Source of the DNA: Euprymna scolopes
Taxonomy: Eukaryota
Direction: 5' to 3' (one strand)
Assembly (NCBI GenBank): GCA_053919585.1
Contig: CM132820.1
Length of the DNA stretch: 64,000 bases
Position 1 is the first letter of the stretch. Every line of letters starts with the position of its first letter. The translations under genes and the position numbers were made by a program. This document shows, piece after piece, positions 41,770 through 52,872 of the stretch. The notes below the pieces were generated by a model. The model searched no databases. It was not told the origin of the DNA and saw only the letters and a list, made by a program, of their open reading frames with translations.

Positions 41770-42340
41770 GTCACGTTTTTTTCTCGTTCATTAAATGAAT
41801 TCACGTTTTTTCTCGTTCATTAAATGAATTCACGTTTTTTTTTTTTCGTTCATTAAATGAATTCACGTTTTTTTGTTCATTAAATAAATTCATGTTTTTG
41901 TTTTCGTTTATTAAATGAATTCACGTTTTTTATGTTCATTAAATGAATTCACGGTTGTTGTTTTTTTTTCTCGCGTTTATAAAAATGAATCCACGTTTTT
42001 ATCGTTTATTAAATGAATCCACGTTCTTTCTCGTTCATTGAATGAGTTCACGTTTTTTTTTCTCGTTTATTCACGTCCCCTCCCTCTCATTAAATGAATT
42101 CACATTTTTTCTCGTTTAAGTGTGAAATTCATTTAATAAACGCGAGATTCGAATTCACTTTTTATTCGTTTATTAAATTAATTCACGATTTTTTCGTTCA
42201 TAAATGAATTAACGTTTTTTTCTCGTTCATTAAATGAATTCCCATTTTTCTCGTCCATTAAATGAATTCACATTTTTTCTCGTTCACTAAATGAATTCAC
42301 ATATTTTTCTCGTTCGTTAAATAAATTCACATTTTTGCTC
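41770..42340. repeat. Degenerate 29-30 bp minisatellite TCTCGTTCATTAAATGAATTCACGTTTTT
   Basis: About 17 recognisable units; one is inverted near 42120-42150. Confidence 0.9.
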
Positions 42341-42719
42341 TGTTTAACGTTTTAAGAAAATCAGAAGAACTCGAAGCCCGCAGTAAACTATTAGATAAAA
42401 ATATATATATTTAAAAAATGTTCGGGTATAGTCGGCTAACGTACTTCCTAATTTTCGGTGGAGTGTATGACCTCGGTTTTTATGAAAAGGATTAGGGGTG
42501 GGAAAGGATGCCATAGAGGCCACAACCAAGAATACATGAAATGAACAGCGTTGGAAGTGTGTAGATTCTGACTCCATATAATTCAAGACAGACAAATATT
42601 GAAGGTTGAGAACCGATTTTATTTACTACTAACAACTTGTATTAGGAGGGGCAAAGTGTTCGTAGGATGGAATGTGATTTAACGACGAAGGGATTGTCCG
42701 ATGGAGATATTTGACAGTT

Positions 42720-42929
42720 TGTATTACGGTGAAATGTTCGTAGAATGTTTTCAGGTATGTACGATTTAACAAGGAATGAATGTTCGTAAACTGTTTGTAG
42801 GTATGTATGAATTGACAAGGAATGAATGTTCGTAAACTGTTAGTAGGTATGTATGAATTGACAAGGAATAAACGTTCGTAAAATGTTTGTAGGTATGTAT
42901 GAATTGACAAGGAATGAATGTTCGTAAAC
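42720..42929. repeat. 46-bp tandem repeat, about 4 copies
   Basis: YGTTCGTA recurs at 42781, 42827, 42873 and 42919. Confidence 0.9.
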
Positions 42930-43599
42930 GTAACTTATCTTTTGGACGATGGATGTGGTTAGGGTAGGCCGGTCATCCTGCTGTCGGTGATGCGTGTCCT
43001 GGCTTGTAACTGGAAAGCGGGTGACATTTTCATCAGCAGCTAGCAGTCCGGCGTCTTCGTCTTCTTTTTCCTCCTCTCTCCTGGTTCCCTAAAAACCCTC
43101 GTTTTATAGTGGCAAACTGGCTCCCAGTGACTGTGATATTTGAGGTGTTTATTTTAGGCGCGGAGTTCTGCCATTGGTCGATAATTATTTTGTGGTTATC
43201 TTATTTTTTTCTTCCCAAGCGGAAGCGATGCGTGGAGCCATGGGCAAAAGACGATTTTTCATATTGTCTCTCATGGTGGATGCGTTAACATCCGGTTCGC
43301 TGCTAATTCTCATCATGTTCCCACACATATCGCCACCCGAAATAGCTATTCCGAGAGTGTCCGTGAGGATTTTGGTGGATAGTAGTAGTCTATGCTTTTG
43401 AGGTGTGGGGTGGGGGGAATGAATATTTTGGAAAAGGATGAGTTTTTCTTCCTACCTCCTTTATATATAGTGAGCGTGTTACAGTAGGTTCATTTGGTGA
43501 GTCTTCTATATCCTGTGTTGGAGCGGACAAGTCTCCTGGTGTACCGTCATCTGTTGTCATCAGTTCGATGTCTTCATTGTTAGTGTTGCTGTTATTATT

Positions 43600-45162
43600 G
43601 GCATTACTGAACTTGACTGGTTTTAGTCTTTCTACTGAGACTGTTTGTATATCTCCCGATGGCAGTTCGATTTGAAAGTGCTTGTTTTGCCTTTGGGTGA
43701 CCCTATATGGTCCAGAGTATGGAGCTTCCAGTGGTTTTCAAATCCTATCCCTTCGAAGTCACACATGGGTCGCTGATTTTAGCTCTTCCGGTATGAATGC
43801 TTTTTGTGTTGTATGTAACTGTCCTGAGAGGAGATCCATATCCAACTTTTGCATCTCTTTGGCCATTTTTCTTATGTCTTCTCCATGTAGATCTGGATTT
43901 TCTTGGCTCATTATTAGTTTTGGCAGTAGTAGTTGGGTCCCTGTAACTGCGGCAGCTGGGGAAAATCCTTGGTCGTTAGGCATGTTTCTAATGCCAAGTA
44001 CTACGATGGGTAGTGCATCTAGCCAGCTCTGCTGTCGTGTCATGATTGCAATCTTTAGGGTCCGGTGTAGCCTTTCGATTATTCCATTGGTTTTAGGGTG
44101 ATACGCCGTTGTGCAGAATCTGTGGAATCCAATTATCGTGGATAAATCTCTGAACAGCTCACTCTCAAACTGGCTTCCTCGGTCTGTAACCACATGCAAT
44201 GGAACTCCAAAACGGGAGATCCATATGGTTAAGAATGCTATTGCTATGGTAGAGGCAGATGTGTTCTGCAGAGGTGTGGCCTCCACCCATCTTGTTGCTC
44301 TATCAATACATGTCAATACATATCTGGTTGGAGATGTGTATACACCATCATATGTGGTCCAATGATGTCGATATGTACTGTTTCGAATCTCCCAGATGGT
44401 AGAAAGAATGGTGTGGTTTCTGTTTTGGTGTGCCTGGAGATTTTATGTTGCTGGCATGGAAGACAGCCTTTAGTCCAATTTCGTATATTTCTGTCCATGT
44501 CTGGCCAAAAGTATCTGGACTTTACTAACTTGGTTGTTGGTGTAGGTCCTGGATGCGAGATGTTATGAAATGTGTCAAAAATGTTCCTGCGTAACGGTTC
44601 AGGTATGTACGGTCTGGGAGTGGGTGTTGATATGTCACACCAGATGGATGACCCTTGTAGTTCGTATGGCTTTAACTGACTTTCATATTTATGAAGTTCA
44701 TCGTCAGTTTTATGTGCTTCGCAGATGGCTGGTAAATCACAAGGATCAATGGTCACTGTACACATTGGTTGAGATAGGCAGTCAGCAACAATGTTGTCTT
44801 CTCATCTGATATACAACACATCTACAACATATTCTGTGATGGTTGTACATCAGATTTCATTGGTGTCTTTTTTTTAAAAGCTAGGGACAGTGGATTGTGA
44901 TCGGAGAAGAGGGTCACATTCCTACCTTCTATTTGAGGTTTGAAATGCAACACAGCTTGGTATGCTGCTGACAGTTCTCTGTTAAAGGTGGAGTATTTCT
45001 TTTGGCTCTCCGATAGCTTTCGTGAGTAGAATCCAATAGGTATCGATTCACCGTTTACTATCTGATTCAGTGCTGCTCCTACCGCATAGTTGGAGCTATC
45101 TGTGACCAAGTGATATTGTGTGGCCTTCAGATCAGGATGTGTCAATGTGGATATTTCTGCTA
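43600..45162 (-). pseudogene. Ty3/Gypsy pol fragment (RNase H then integrase), frameshifted
   Basis: TDSSNYAVGAAL, FYSRKLS, RELSA, SDHNPL (RNase H). HNISHPG..CLPCQQHK (HHCC). HIDIIGP, TDRGSQF, ERLHRTLK (DDE core). RH-INT order indicates Gypsy. Confidence 0.93.
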
Positions 45163-45812
45163 GGTTTTTATTTTTACAAATGCTTTTCTGGCAGAACGGT
45201 GGTTCATTAAAATTGTGGGGTCTGCATACGCGCCTGGTCCACAAAGTATGGAAATAAAAAATTTAAAAATTAAAAAAAAACGTTTACAAGTATTTTTGAT
45301 ATAGATGTACATCAGAATACTTTGATAAGTATGTTTTAACTTAAATAGGGATGGTATAATAAAATTGTGGGGTCTGCATTCGTGCCTGACCTCCATAGAA
45401 TGGAAATAGGCACAAACTTTAATAAAGACTTTTCATATCTATCTATGTAAGTATACTTTGATAATTATGTTTCAGTTTGAAGAAATATGGTATAATAAAA
45501 TTATGGGGGTGTTCGTTCGCACCTGACCTCCATAGAATGGAAATATGTCACAAAGTATAACAAGTTTTTTTAATATAGATTCACAGAATATTGTGATAAA
45601 TGTTTTAGTGTGAACAGGTATAGTATAATAAATTATGGGGTTTATCTATTTTATTTTTACTTTCATTATATTTTGCTTTGGTTTTGATACTCCCAAATTC
45701 GAAGTTATCTCTTTACAACTCTTCCTTTTCATAACCTATCATACTTTTATAAATCAGAGTCCATTTTCTGCAGGCTGTTTTTGAATCCAGCCAACGACGG
45801 GTACTTTTGATA

Positions 45813-45813
<1 letters not shown>
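45163..45813 (+). mobile_element. Non-autonomous Helitron-like repeat, 5' truncated, with internal subrepeats of about 140 bp
   Basis: Ends CCAGCCAACGACGGGTACTTTTGATAG|T. An inverted homologue lies at 62954-63700. Confidence 0.75.
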
Positions 45814-45873
<60 letters not shown>

Positions 45874-45877
<4 letters not shown>

Positions 45878-46439
45878 TTGTATTACTGTACACATAGATT
45901 CGAAAAAGTTGTCAAAAAAAAAATATAGAACAAATAAATGTTATCAAAGGCAAGATAAGTTACTTTTCTACCAAACTGGATATATTTTTTGTGTTTTTAT
46001 TCAGTGTAACATGTTTATTCAGCTCGAAAAACATGCAGTGTTTACCGATGTATTGAGAGGGTACGTTTGGGAAAAGGTCTTATAAATAATAAACTAGACA
46101 AAATACTGTTAGAAAACAACCGAATACATGTCAACTTATGTCACGGTAACATATATTGAGCGAATTTCTAACAGTATTTTGTCTAGTTTATTATTTATAA
46201 CACCTTTTCCCAAACGTACCGTCTCCGAGAGAGAGTCGGCTGCCATTTTGAATTTTCCAATACATCGGTAAACACTGCATGTTTTTCGAGCTGAATAAAC
46301 ATGTTATACTGAATAAAAACACAAAAAATATATCCAGTTAGGTAGAAAAGTAACTTATCTTGCCTTTGATAACATTTATTTGTTATATATTTGTTTTTTG
46401 ACAACTTTTTCGAATCTATGTGTACAGTAATACAAACCC
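45874..46439. mobile_element. MITE with about 240-bp TIRs inside a (TA)n tract
   Basis: GGGTTTGTATTACTGTACACATAGATTCG...CGAATCTATGTGTACAGTAATACAAACCC. The ORF track gives mirror-image peptides. Confidence 0.9.
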
Positions 46440-46472
<33 letters not shown>

Positions 46473-46516
46473 TTTAAATTGGTATATTTAGGCAGCTTTT
46501 TTCATTCAAGCAAATA

Positions 46517-47770
46517 CGAGGGGCGTGCAATAAGTAATGCCCCTGACCCACTTCCCATAGCAGTAGAGCAACAAAACTTAGCACAGTTATTAGTCTTTCT
46601 CTACATAGGAACCATCCAGAGTCATGCACTTCTCCCATCGTTTGATGCAGCTCTGGAGACCGTTTTTGTAGAACACCCAAGGTTGGTCCTCCAACCACAA
46701 CATGACTTCAGAAATCAAGGCTGCATCATCTGGGAAAAGCTTTTCTTTCAAAAACAACTTCATGGCTGGGAAGAGGTGAAAGTCAGAGGGTGCAAGGTCA
46801 GGAGAGTAGGGAGGATGGGGAAGAATTTCATAACCACACACCCGTGCTTCTGATCTGACGACATGCGAGTTGTGGACGGAGCGTTGTCCTGCAGGAGGAG
46901 GGTATCTTTGCTGATCTTGCCCCACCTCTTGATTTTGATAGCTTCCCTTAATTTCCTCAAAAGTGAAGCATAATAGGCTCCTGTAATTGTGGTACCCTTT
47001 GCCAGAAAATCTGTCATCATTACTCCGTTCTGGTCCCAGAAGACTGTGAGCATGACCTTACCAGCGGAGGGCTGCACCCTTGCCTTCTTGGTCTCTGGAT
47101 CATAGTGATGGATCCAAATTTCATTCTGTGTAATCAGTCTTTTGAAAAACTTTGACTCATCTTCTTGGCACATCTCCAAATTCATCCTCGAGCACTCGAT
47201 GCGTTCTCGCTTCTGGAATGGTGTGAGCAACCTGGGAATCCATCTGGCAGACGCCTTATGCATATGCAAATGGTCATCAATGATAGTTTCCACAGACCCT
47301 GTACTAATCTTGACATCTTAGGCTATTTGGCGAATAGTAATGCACCGATCTTCCAAAAAGGCAGCCTCAACTTGACGGACAGATGCCTCATCAATGGCAG
47401 AAGGAGGGGGGGGGGCGACCAGGTCTGAGAGCTGTTTCCACAGACTTCCGGTCATGTTTGAATTCACGATGCCAGCGTTTTACAAGGTCATATGATGGGG
47501 CATTATCACCATAAGTTTCTTTCATTTCATCAAAAGTCTCCTGCGGTGTGCGTCCTTTCAAATACAAAAACCGGATCACTGCTCGACATTCAACAAGCTC
47601 CATTTCACACTTAACTCAGTTCAAACACCTGTAAAACAGAAACCATAATTAGTTCAGAGCTGTAATTTGCCCCATAACCCGTAGAGATATAAATCATTGC
47701 ACATGCAAAATTTCAGCTAGATCAGACAACTGGAAATGGACCAGGGGCATTACTTATTGCCCGCCCCTTA
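46517..47770 (-). mobile_element. Full-length defective mariner (1254 bp)
   Basis: TIRs CGAGGGGCGTGCAATAAGTAATGCCCCTG / CAGGGGCATTACTTATTGCCCGCCCCTTA with TA TSD. The empty site is visible in the inverted arm at about 48185-48210. Confidence 0.95.
46590..47603 (-). pseudogene. Mariner transposase pseudogene
   Basis: HTH N-terminus, WIPRLL, ITQNEIWIHHYDPE (first catalytic D to N), LLQDNA and HPPYSPDLAPSDFHLF, spread over several frames. Confidence 0.92.
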
Positions 47771-47893
47771 TATTATTAAATGCAATGGAGACACTTTGAT
47801 TTATGATTCTTTTTTTTAATTTTTCGATTTTCCGCATAATTTTTTTTGTATTGAAATCAAAAATATTAATAAAAGTTCCATAGTTGTTGCTGT

Positions 47894-47933
47894 CACGAGC
47901 GCTTTCGATTCGTCCATGAATCATCTTCAGATG
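47894..47933 (-). ncRNA. Minimal type-I hammerhead ribozyme (family B)
   Basis: CAU CUGAAGA U GAUUC AUGGAC GAAUC GAAA GCGC UC GUG. Confidence 0.8.
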
Positions 47934-48033
47934 TTGAAGTAAAAAGTCCGAAGGAGCGAAAATGAGACGTTTACTTTACATTTTAGTTTTCACTTTTAAT
48001 TCTCATTTTCGCTCCTTCGCACTTTTACCTCAA

Positions 48034-48073
48034 CACCTGAAGATGATTCATGGATGAATCGAAAGCGCTTGTG
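48034..48073 (+). ncRNA. Minimal type-I hammerhead ribozyme (family B)
   Basis: CAC CUGAAGA U GAUUCA UGGA UGAAUC GAAA GCGC UU GUG; palindromic helix III AAGCGCUU. Confidence 0.85.
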
Positions 48074-48419
48074 ACAGCAACAATTATGGAACTTTTATTA
48101 ACATTTTTGATTTTGATACAAAGAAGATTATACGGAAAATTGACAAATTGAAAAAAGAATCATGAAGCAAAGTGTCTCTGTTGCATTTAATAATATTTGC
48201 TTGAATGAAAAAAATGCTATATATTGTTTTATAGAGGCTCAATATGCGTCAAGCTGGATTTGGTCGAGAAGGAAAAAACTTCAGCATGGACGAACATTAT
48301 AATTTTTCTCTTTGTTGATCTGTTTTTTTTTTTTGTTTTTTTGTTTGTTTTTTAATACTCTGCCTGGTGGCAAAATCTGCTTGATAACATCAGGAGTGGC
48401 AGTACTGCCTTGAGCTACC

Positions 48420-48624
48420 GAAATCACTCTGGTTGGCGGCTGATGAGGGCAGGGTATCGCACATGATTTTACGTGTTGTATGATTATATATAAATAACTC
48501 TGGTTGGCGGCTGATGAGGGCAGGGTATCGCACATGATTTTACGTTTTGTATGATATATATATATATATATATATATCATACAACACGTAAAATCATGTG
48601 CGATACGTGATTTTACGTGTTGTA

Positions 48625-48662
<38 letters not shown>

Positions 48663-48776
48663 TACAACACATATCATATATATATATATATATATATATA
48701 TCATACAACACGTAAAATCATGTGCGATACAACACGAAAAATCATGTGCGATACCCTGCCCTCATCATATGTTGTA

Positions 48777-48840
<64 letters not shown>

Positions 48841-48900
48841 TACAACACGTAAAATCATGTGCGATACCCTGCCCTCATCAGCCGCCAACCAGAGTGATTT
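48420..48900. repeat. Direct and inverted copies of a roughly 60-bp module interleaved with (TA)n
   Basis: CTCTGGTTGGCGGCTGATGAGGGCAGGGTATCGCACATGATTTTACGTGTTGTATGAT at about 48427 and 48498; inverted at about 48838-48895; partial copies in between. Confidence 0.85.
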
Positions 48901-49024
48901 ATATATAATATAAAAATATAACACGGAAATTACATAATTGTCGAAAATTACATTTATGTTATTGCTCTGTTTACCACATTCAGCTCTCATACCCGGATTT
49001 CCTCCTGGAATTATTCCATTATAA

Positions 49025-49084
<60 letters not shown>

Positions 49085-49088
<4 letters not shown>

Positions 49089-49370
49089 ATTCACGTGAAA
49101 TCACGTTTTTCTTCACCATATTCCCTCAGCTTCATTTTTTGTTATCAAGTAAGATCTTTGACTTACTTGCAGTTTCATCAAATACTTTTGCAAGCAAAAT
49201 CCGATCCCGCATTTTGCTGATTCCTACCCTCTGATGAGAAGGAAAGTATTTCTTCGAAACTCCGCGGATTAAGGACTATCCACTTATCAAGTGTTTCCTT
49301 TTCAGATTAAATATGTTTTTAACTCTTTTTCAAAGTGTTTTTTAACATGTTTTATTAACTGTTTGCTCTT
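49085..49370 (+). repeat. Dispersed repeat family A (HHR-bearing, probable PLE pseudo-LTR)
   Basis: Homologous to 54797-55111 and 62143-62462; starts at a (TA)n tract. Confidence 0.85.
49228..49274 (+). ncRNA. Type-I hammerhead ribozyme (family A, best-preserved copy)
   Basis: CCU CUGAUGA GAAGGAA AGUA UUUCUUC GAAA C UCCGCGGA UUA AGG. 7-bp helix II and palindromic helix III; C15.2:U16.2 mismatch. Confidence 0.75.
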
Positions 49371-49377
49371 ATATATA

Positions 49378-49589
49378 CAGGGTGACCCCCCCAAAAAAAA
49401 CAAACGCTAACTCGAGTCCATCTAGAACATATGCTGTAGAATGGATAAAAAAAAGGCCAAAGACCCTTGTGTTTTGATGTGATGTTTTGAATATAATAAA
49501 CTAGTTATGACCAAATTTTCATTTAATTCGGACAAAACGCTAAGAAACAGGGCCTAATTAGAGTTGGGGTCCGTTTTTTGGGGGGTCAC

Positions 49590-49592
<3 letters not shown>
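49378..49592. mobile_element. Tc1/mariner-type MITE (CAGGGTGAC family)
   Basis: TA|CAGGGTGACCCC; right TIR degenerate; homologous to 51690-51850 and 60482-60688. Confidence 0.8.
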
Positions 49593-49640
<48 letters not shown>

Positions 49641-49644
<4 letters not shown>

Positions 49645-49747
49645 CAATCACGTTGACACACCGGTTCTTGCCAGATCACTGAAATTAAGCAACTTTGAGC
49701 ATGGCTAGTACCAGATGGGTGACCATTTGGGCCGACTAGATGCTGTA
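49641..49747 (+). mobile_element. 5S rRNA-derived head followed by a non-5S body (SINE3-like)
   Basis: CACGTTGACACACCGGTTCT...GATCACTGAAATTAAGCAAC...TAGTAC.AGATGGGTGACC...GATGCTGTA; no oligo-T terminator follows. Confidence 0.8.
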
Positions 49748-50247
49748 TGTACCAAGCCGAGTCATAGAAATTTCCAGGTTGATATCTGGGAGAGATGCAC
49801 TCACAGTCTTTATTATGACATGCATCTAGGAGAAGGAAACTCTGATGTAAAAACCAGCGGTTTACTGTATACTCTGTCCTGTAGTAGTCATCTGCACCGA
49901 CAAAGGTTATCAGTAATACCAAAAATACTGGTTGGTTCTACACAAAGCCTTCACTACTATAAACAAATCATACCTGTGAATTTCCAAGTAGTTCCCATAT
50001 AGTTGCTGTGGCAGAAGCTCATACNNNNNNNNNNNNNNNNNNNNNNNNNNNNNNNNNNNNNNNNNNNNNNNNNNNNNNNNNNNNNNNNNNNNNNNNNNNN
50101 NNNNNNNNNNNNNNNNNNNNNNNNNNNNNNNNNNNNNNNNNNNNNNNNNNNNNNNNNNNNNNNNNNNNNNNNNNNNNNNNNNNNNNTTTATTTCCTTATA
50201 ATATATACCAATCCTCATTTAAGAAGCTCGATGTAATTACAGAGCAA

Positions 50248-50529
50248 TATAGTGAATGAATGACAAAAGTCTATATTCCAAAGTTGTTGATGTTGACCAT
50301 CTTACAATTTATTCCTTCAATTCAGTTAACATTTACAATTCTTGACTGTGTCTATTTCTTTTGATGAGTTAAGGGCAAAATAGATTCACTGATTGATATA
50401 ATAATTAAGTGATTGATTTTGCGCTACGAAACAGATAGTGTCAAGAATTGTAAATGTCAACTGAATTGAAGGAATACATTGTAAGATGGTCAACGTCATG
50501 AACTTTGGAATATAGTTTTTTGTTATTTA

Positions 50530-50537
<8 letters not shown>
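50248..50537. repeat. Inverted repeat (arms of about 100 bp) enclosing an HHR-like core
   Basis: TATAGTGA...CAATTCTTGAC versus GTCAAGAATTG...TCACTATA; abuts (TA)n. Confidence 0.8.
50356..50447 (+). ncRNA. Hammerhead-like motif with long helix II (family C, C3U variant)
   Basis: UUCUU UUGAUGA G..GCAAAAU..UCACU..AGUGA..AUUUUGC..C GAAAC AGAUAGU GUC AAGAA. Confidence 0.6.
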
Positions 50538-50584
<47 letters not shown>

Positions 50585-50763
50585 CTTGTTACCACAAAAC
50601 TTTAACTGTATGCTAAAATACATTAAATTTTGTAGTTGAAAATTTATATATATATAATTTGATATCAGACGACAAAAAACTTTTCAATCTGACTGAACAC
50701 AACTCCTGTACTCCAATTCTATCATAAAGTTATGTTGCAATATTTTGGAAGTATAATGGGGTA

Positions 50764-51129
50764 GTTATTTAATTGCCGCCCACATCGGCAATATTTGGCA
50801 CAAGGCCTGGAAAGTGGGAACCCCGCAGGCTCCCCTAAAAGAGGGGCACTCCTGCAATTTAAAAAATTACCTGAGTAACCCTGTCAGCATTCCCCGGTCG
50901 GGACGCCTCAGGCAGCAAGCAATAAACTTGCCCCACCGGAAAGCCCGGTGGCAAGGCCTGGGAGGGTGGACCTCCTAGGTATTACCCAGGCGGTGTACCT
51001 CAGTCGAACAGGTGCTGGGCCGGTTCCCGGCCCCTCACCTGTTGGGCTGAGTGTCAAGTGACGAATCCTTGACGTGTACTACCCTGTCTCCCTGCAGCCG
51101 TAGCCACTAGGAGACACATCCCATCACAC
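50764..51129 (-). mobile_element. GC-rich, highly structured retroposon
   Basis: Perfect 18-bp TSD TGGAAGTATAATGGGGTA at 50746-50763 and 51130-51147; many hairpins. Strand inferred from the A-rich end. Confidence 0.8.
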
Positions 51130-51689
51130 TGGAAGTATAATGGGGTATGATCCCACACAGTCGGACGATTCTATTTATAAACGATGCTGCTAGGAACTGA
51201 CGAATCGAATTAATTCACGTTCTCCTACCAACCAATCAGAAACCAGAATTGGTCCATAACTATTAAAACTTTTCTGTACCAATTTCACATGTTTTTTCCG
51301 TCTCAACACGGTGAGAACATTTTGCTCTATGGAACTGTCTACTGCAAACAAGTCAACCCTCAGGACTTGTTTAGAACAACAAACCATCGGAAACTGTTCT
51401 GAAACTAAACATGGCTTACACTTCTAGAAGTTAAAACTTCTCGGCAACCTCAATCATTGTCATATTGTTTCAATCCAAAGATTGTATTGTTGACATTGAT
51501 TTCCTATGTATTTTTCTAGCTAGAATTCTTTCTAGAAAGACACCTGGTATCTCTGGGTGGGACCACGTGAAGGTTGCCAACATCCTAAGTGAACATGATT
51601 TTTGTGGAATGAAATGGATTTGAACTTCAACACACAGGTCGTCAGTCCACTTGACCTTTGTCACCTCTTGACAACCTTAATAATTTATA

Positions 51690-51850
51690 CAGGGTGACCC
51701 CAAAAAAACAGAGGACATTCAATTGTTTTTCTGAGCAGTTTACAGTCAACGGAGAAAAAAAGGCCAAAGACCCTAGTGTTTTGATGTGATGTTTTGAATG
51801 GGGCCTAATTATAGTTGGGGCCCCGTTTTATGGGGGGGAAGGTCACCCTG
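51690..51850. mobile_element. Tc1/mariner-type MITE (CAGGGTGAC family)
   Basis: TA|CAGGGTGACC...GGTCACCCTG|TA, inserted in one unit of a roughly 58-bp tandem duplication. Confidence 0.85.
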
Positions 51851-52035
51851 TATGACTTTGACTTTATGTCCACTTGACCTTTGTCACCTCTTGACAACCT
51901 TAATAATTTATGACTTTAACTTTATGTAAAAAGAAAACAGTTTTAATCCCAAGTCGATTGTGGGAAAAAGTCTGTAATCACTATATTAGTTTTAATATTG
52001 TTGTAGGTATGATCAGTTGTTTACCAGGAAAAAAG

Positions 52036-52322
52036 GTTTTTGTTTGTTTGTTTGTTTTTTTGTTTTTTGTTTGTCTTTGTTTTTTTGTTTGCTTTTTTAT
52101 TTGTTTGCTTTTTGTTTGTTTGTTTGTTTTTTGTTTGTTTGTTTTTGTTTGTTTGTTTTTTTAGTTTGTTCGTTCTTGTGTGTTCGTTTTTGTTTGTTTT
52201 TTAATTGATTTTTCTTTGTTTTTGTTTTTTGTTTGTTTGTTTTTTTGTTTGTTTTTTTGTTTGTTTTTTATTGTTTATTTGTTTTTTAATTGATTTTTCT
52301 TTGTTTTTTTGTTTGTTTGTTG
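52036..52322. repeat. (GTTT)n low-complexity tract
   Basis: Degenerate GTTT/TTTG repeats; may be the tail of the adjacent 5S-derived element. Confidence 0.9.
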
Positions 52323-52326
52323 TACA

Positions 52327-52437
52327 TAAAGCGCCTCACCTTCCCAAATGGTCACCCATCTGGTACTGACCAGACTCAATGTTGCTTAACTTCGGTGATC
52401 TAGCGAGAACCGGTGTGTCAACGTGATTGTGATGTAT
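52327..52437 (-). mobile_element. 5S rRNA-derived sequence with (CAAA)n tail
   Basis: Minus strand CACGTTGACACACCGGTTCTCGCTAGATCACCGAAGTTAAGCAAC...AGTACCAGATGGGTGACCATTTGGGAA. Confidence 0.82.
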
Positions 52438-52872
52438 ATCGTATAAGATACAGAAACATGCCTGTATTTCTATTGGTCCCTTTCTTCTCTGTCGCCTTTC
52501 TCTCACAGACGTAATGTTGCTAGTCTCAGTCTTTTCTACAAATAGTATTAAGGCATGTTTTCCCAATTGTTTGATTTATTACCTGCTTCTTTTGTTTCAG
52601 CTCATTTGACTCGTTGATCTAGTGGTCTTCATCAAGTTTGTCTTGCTAGCTTCTTATATAAGAAAAAAAGCTAAATAAAAGAATAAACATTTCCATTTGA
52701 AGTTTGTTGGAATTTTCATAGACATCGCTCCAGACAAGGCACGAAGCCACTTGATGTAAAGAGCTAACAGGAACGAAAGCTGATTATTACAAAAACAATC
52801 TAGCAAAAGACCAATGCTGTAGCTGTAGAAGGAAAGCAGTGACTAGGAAGAGAGTTCCACAACTATGCAGGT

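Larger units (their letters stand above)
47771..48218. mobile_element. Inverted pair of PLE pseudo-LTRs (family B)
   Basis: Arms 47771-47967 and 48001-48218 with a 33-bp spacer. The left arm continues at 46470-46516. Each arm carries an HHR followed by DTKKIIRKIDKL...VAFNNICLNEK..LPKYT. Confidence 0.8.

Noticed and set aside
48438-48530. CTGATGAG as a hammerhead core
   Set aside because: No helix II or GAAA follows.
49641-49747. Functional 5S rRNA gene
   Set aside because: Dispersed, mutually divergent copies with truncated ends and no oligo-T terminator.
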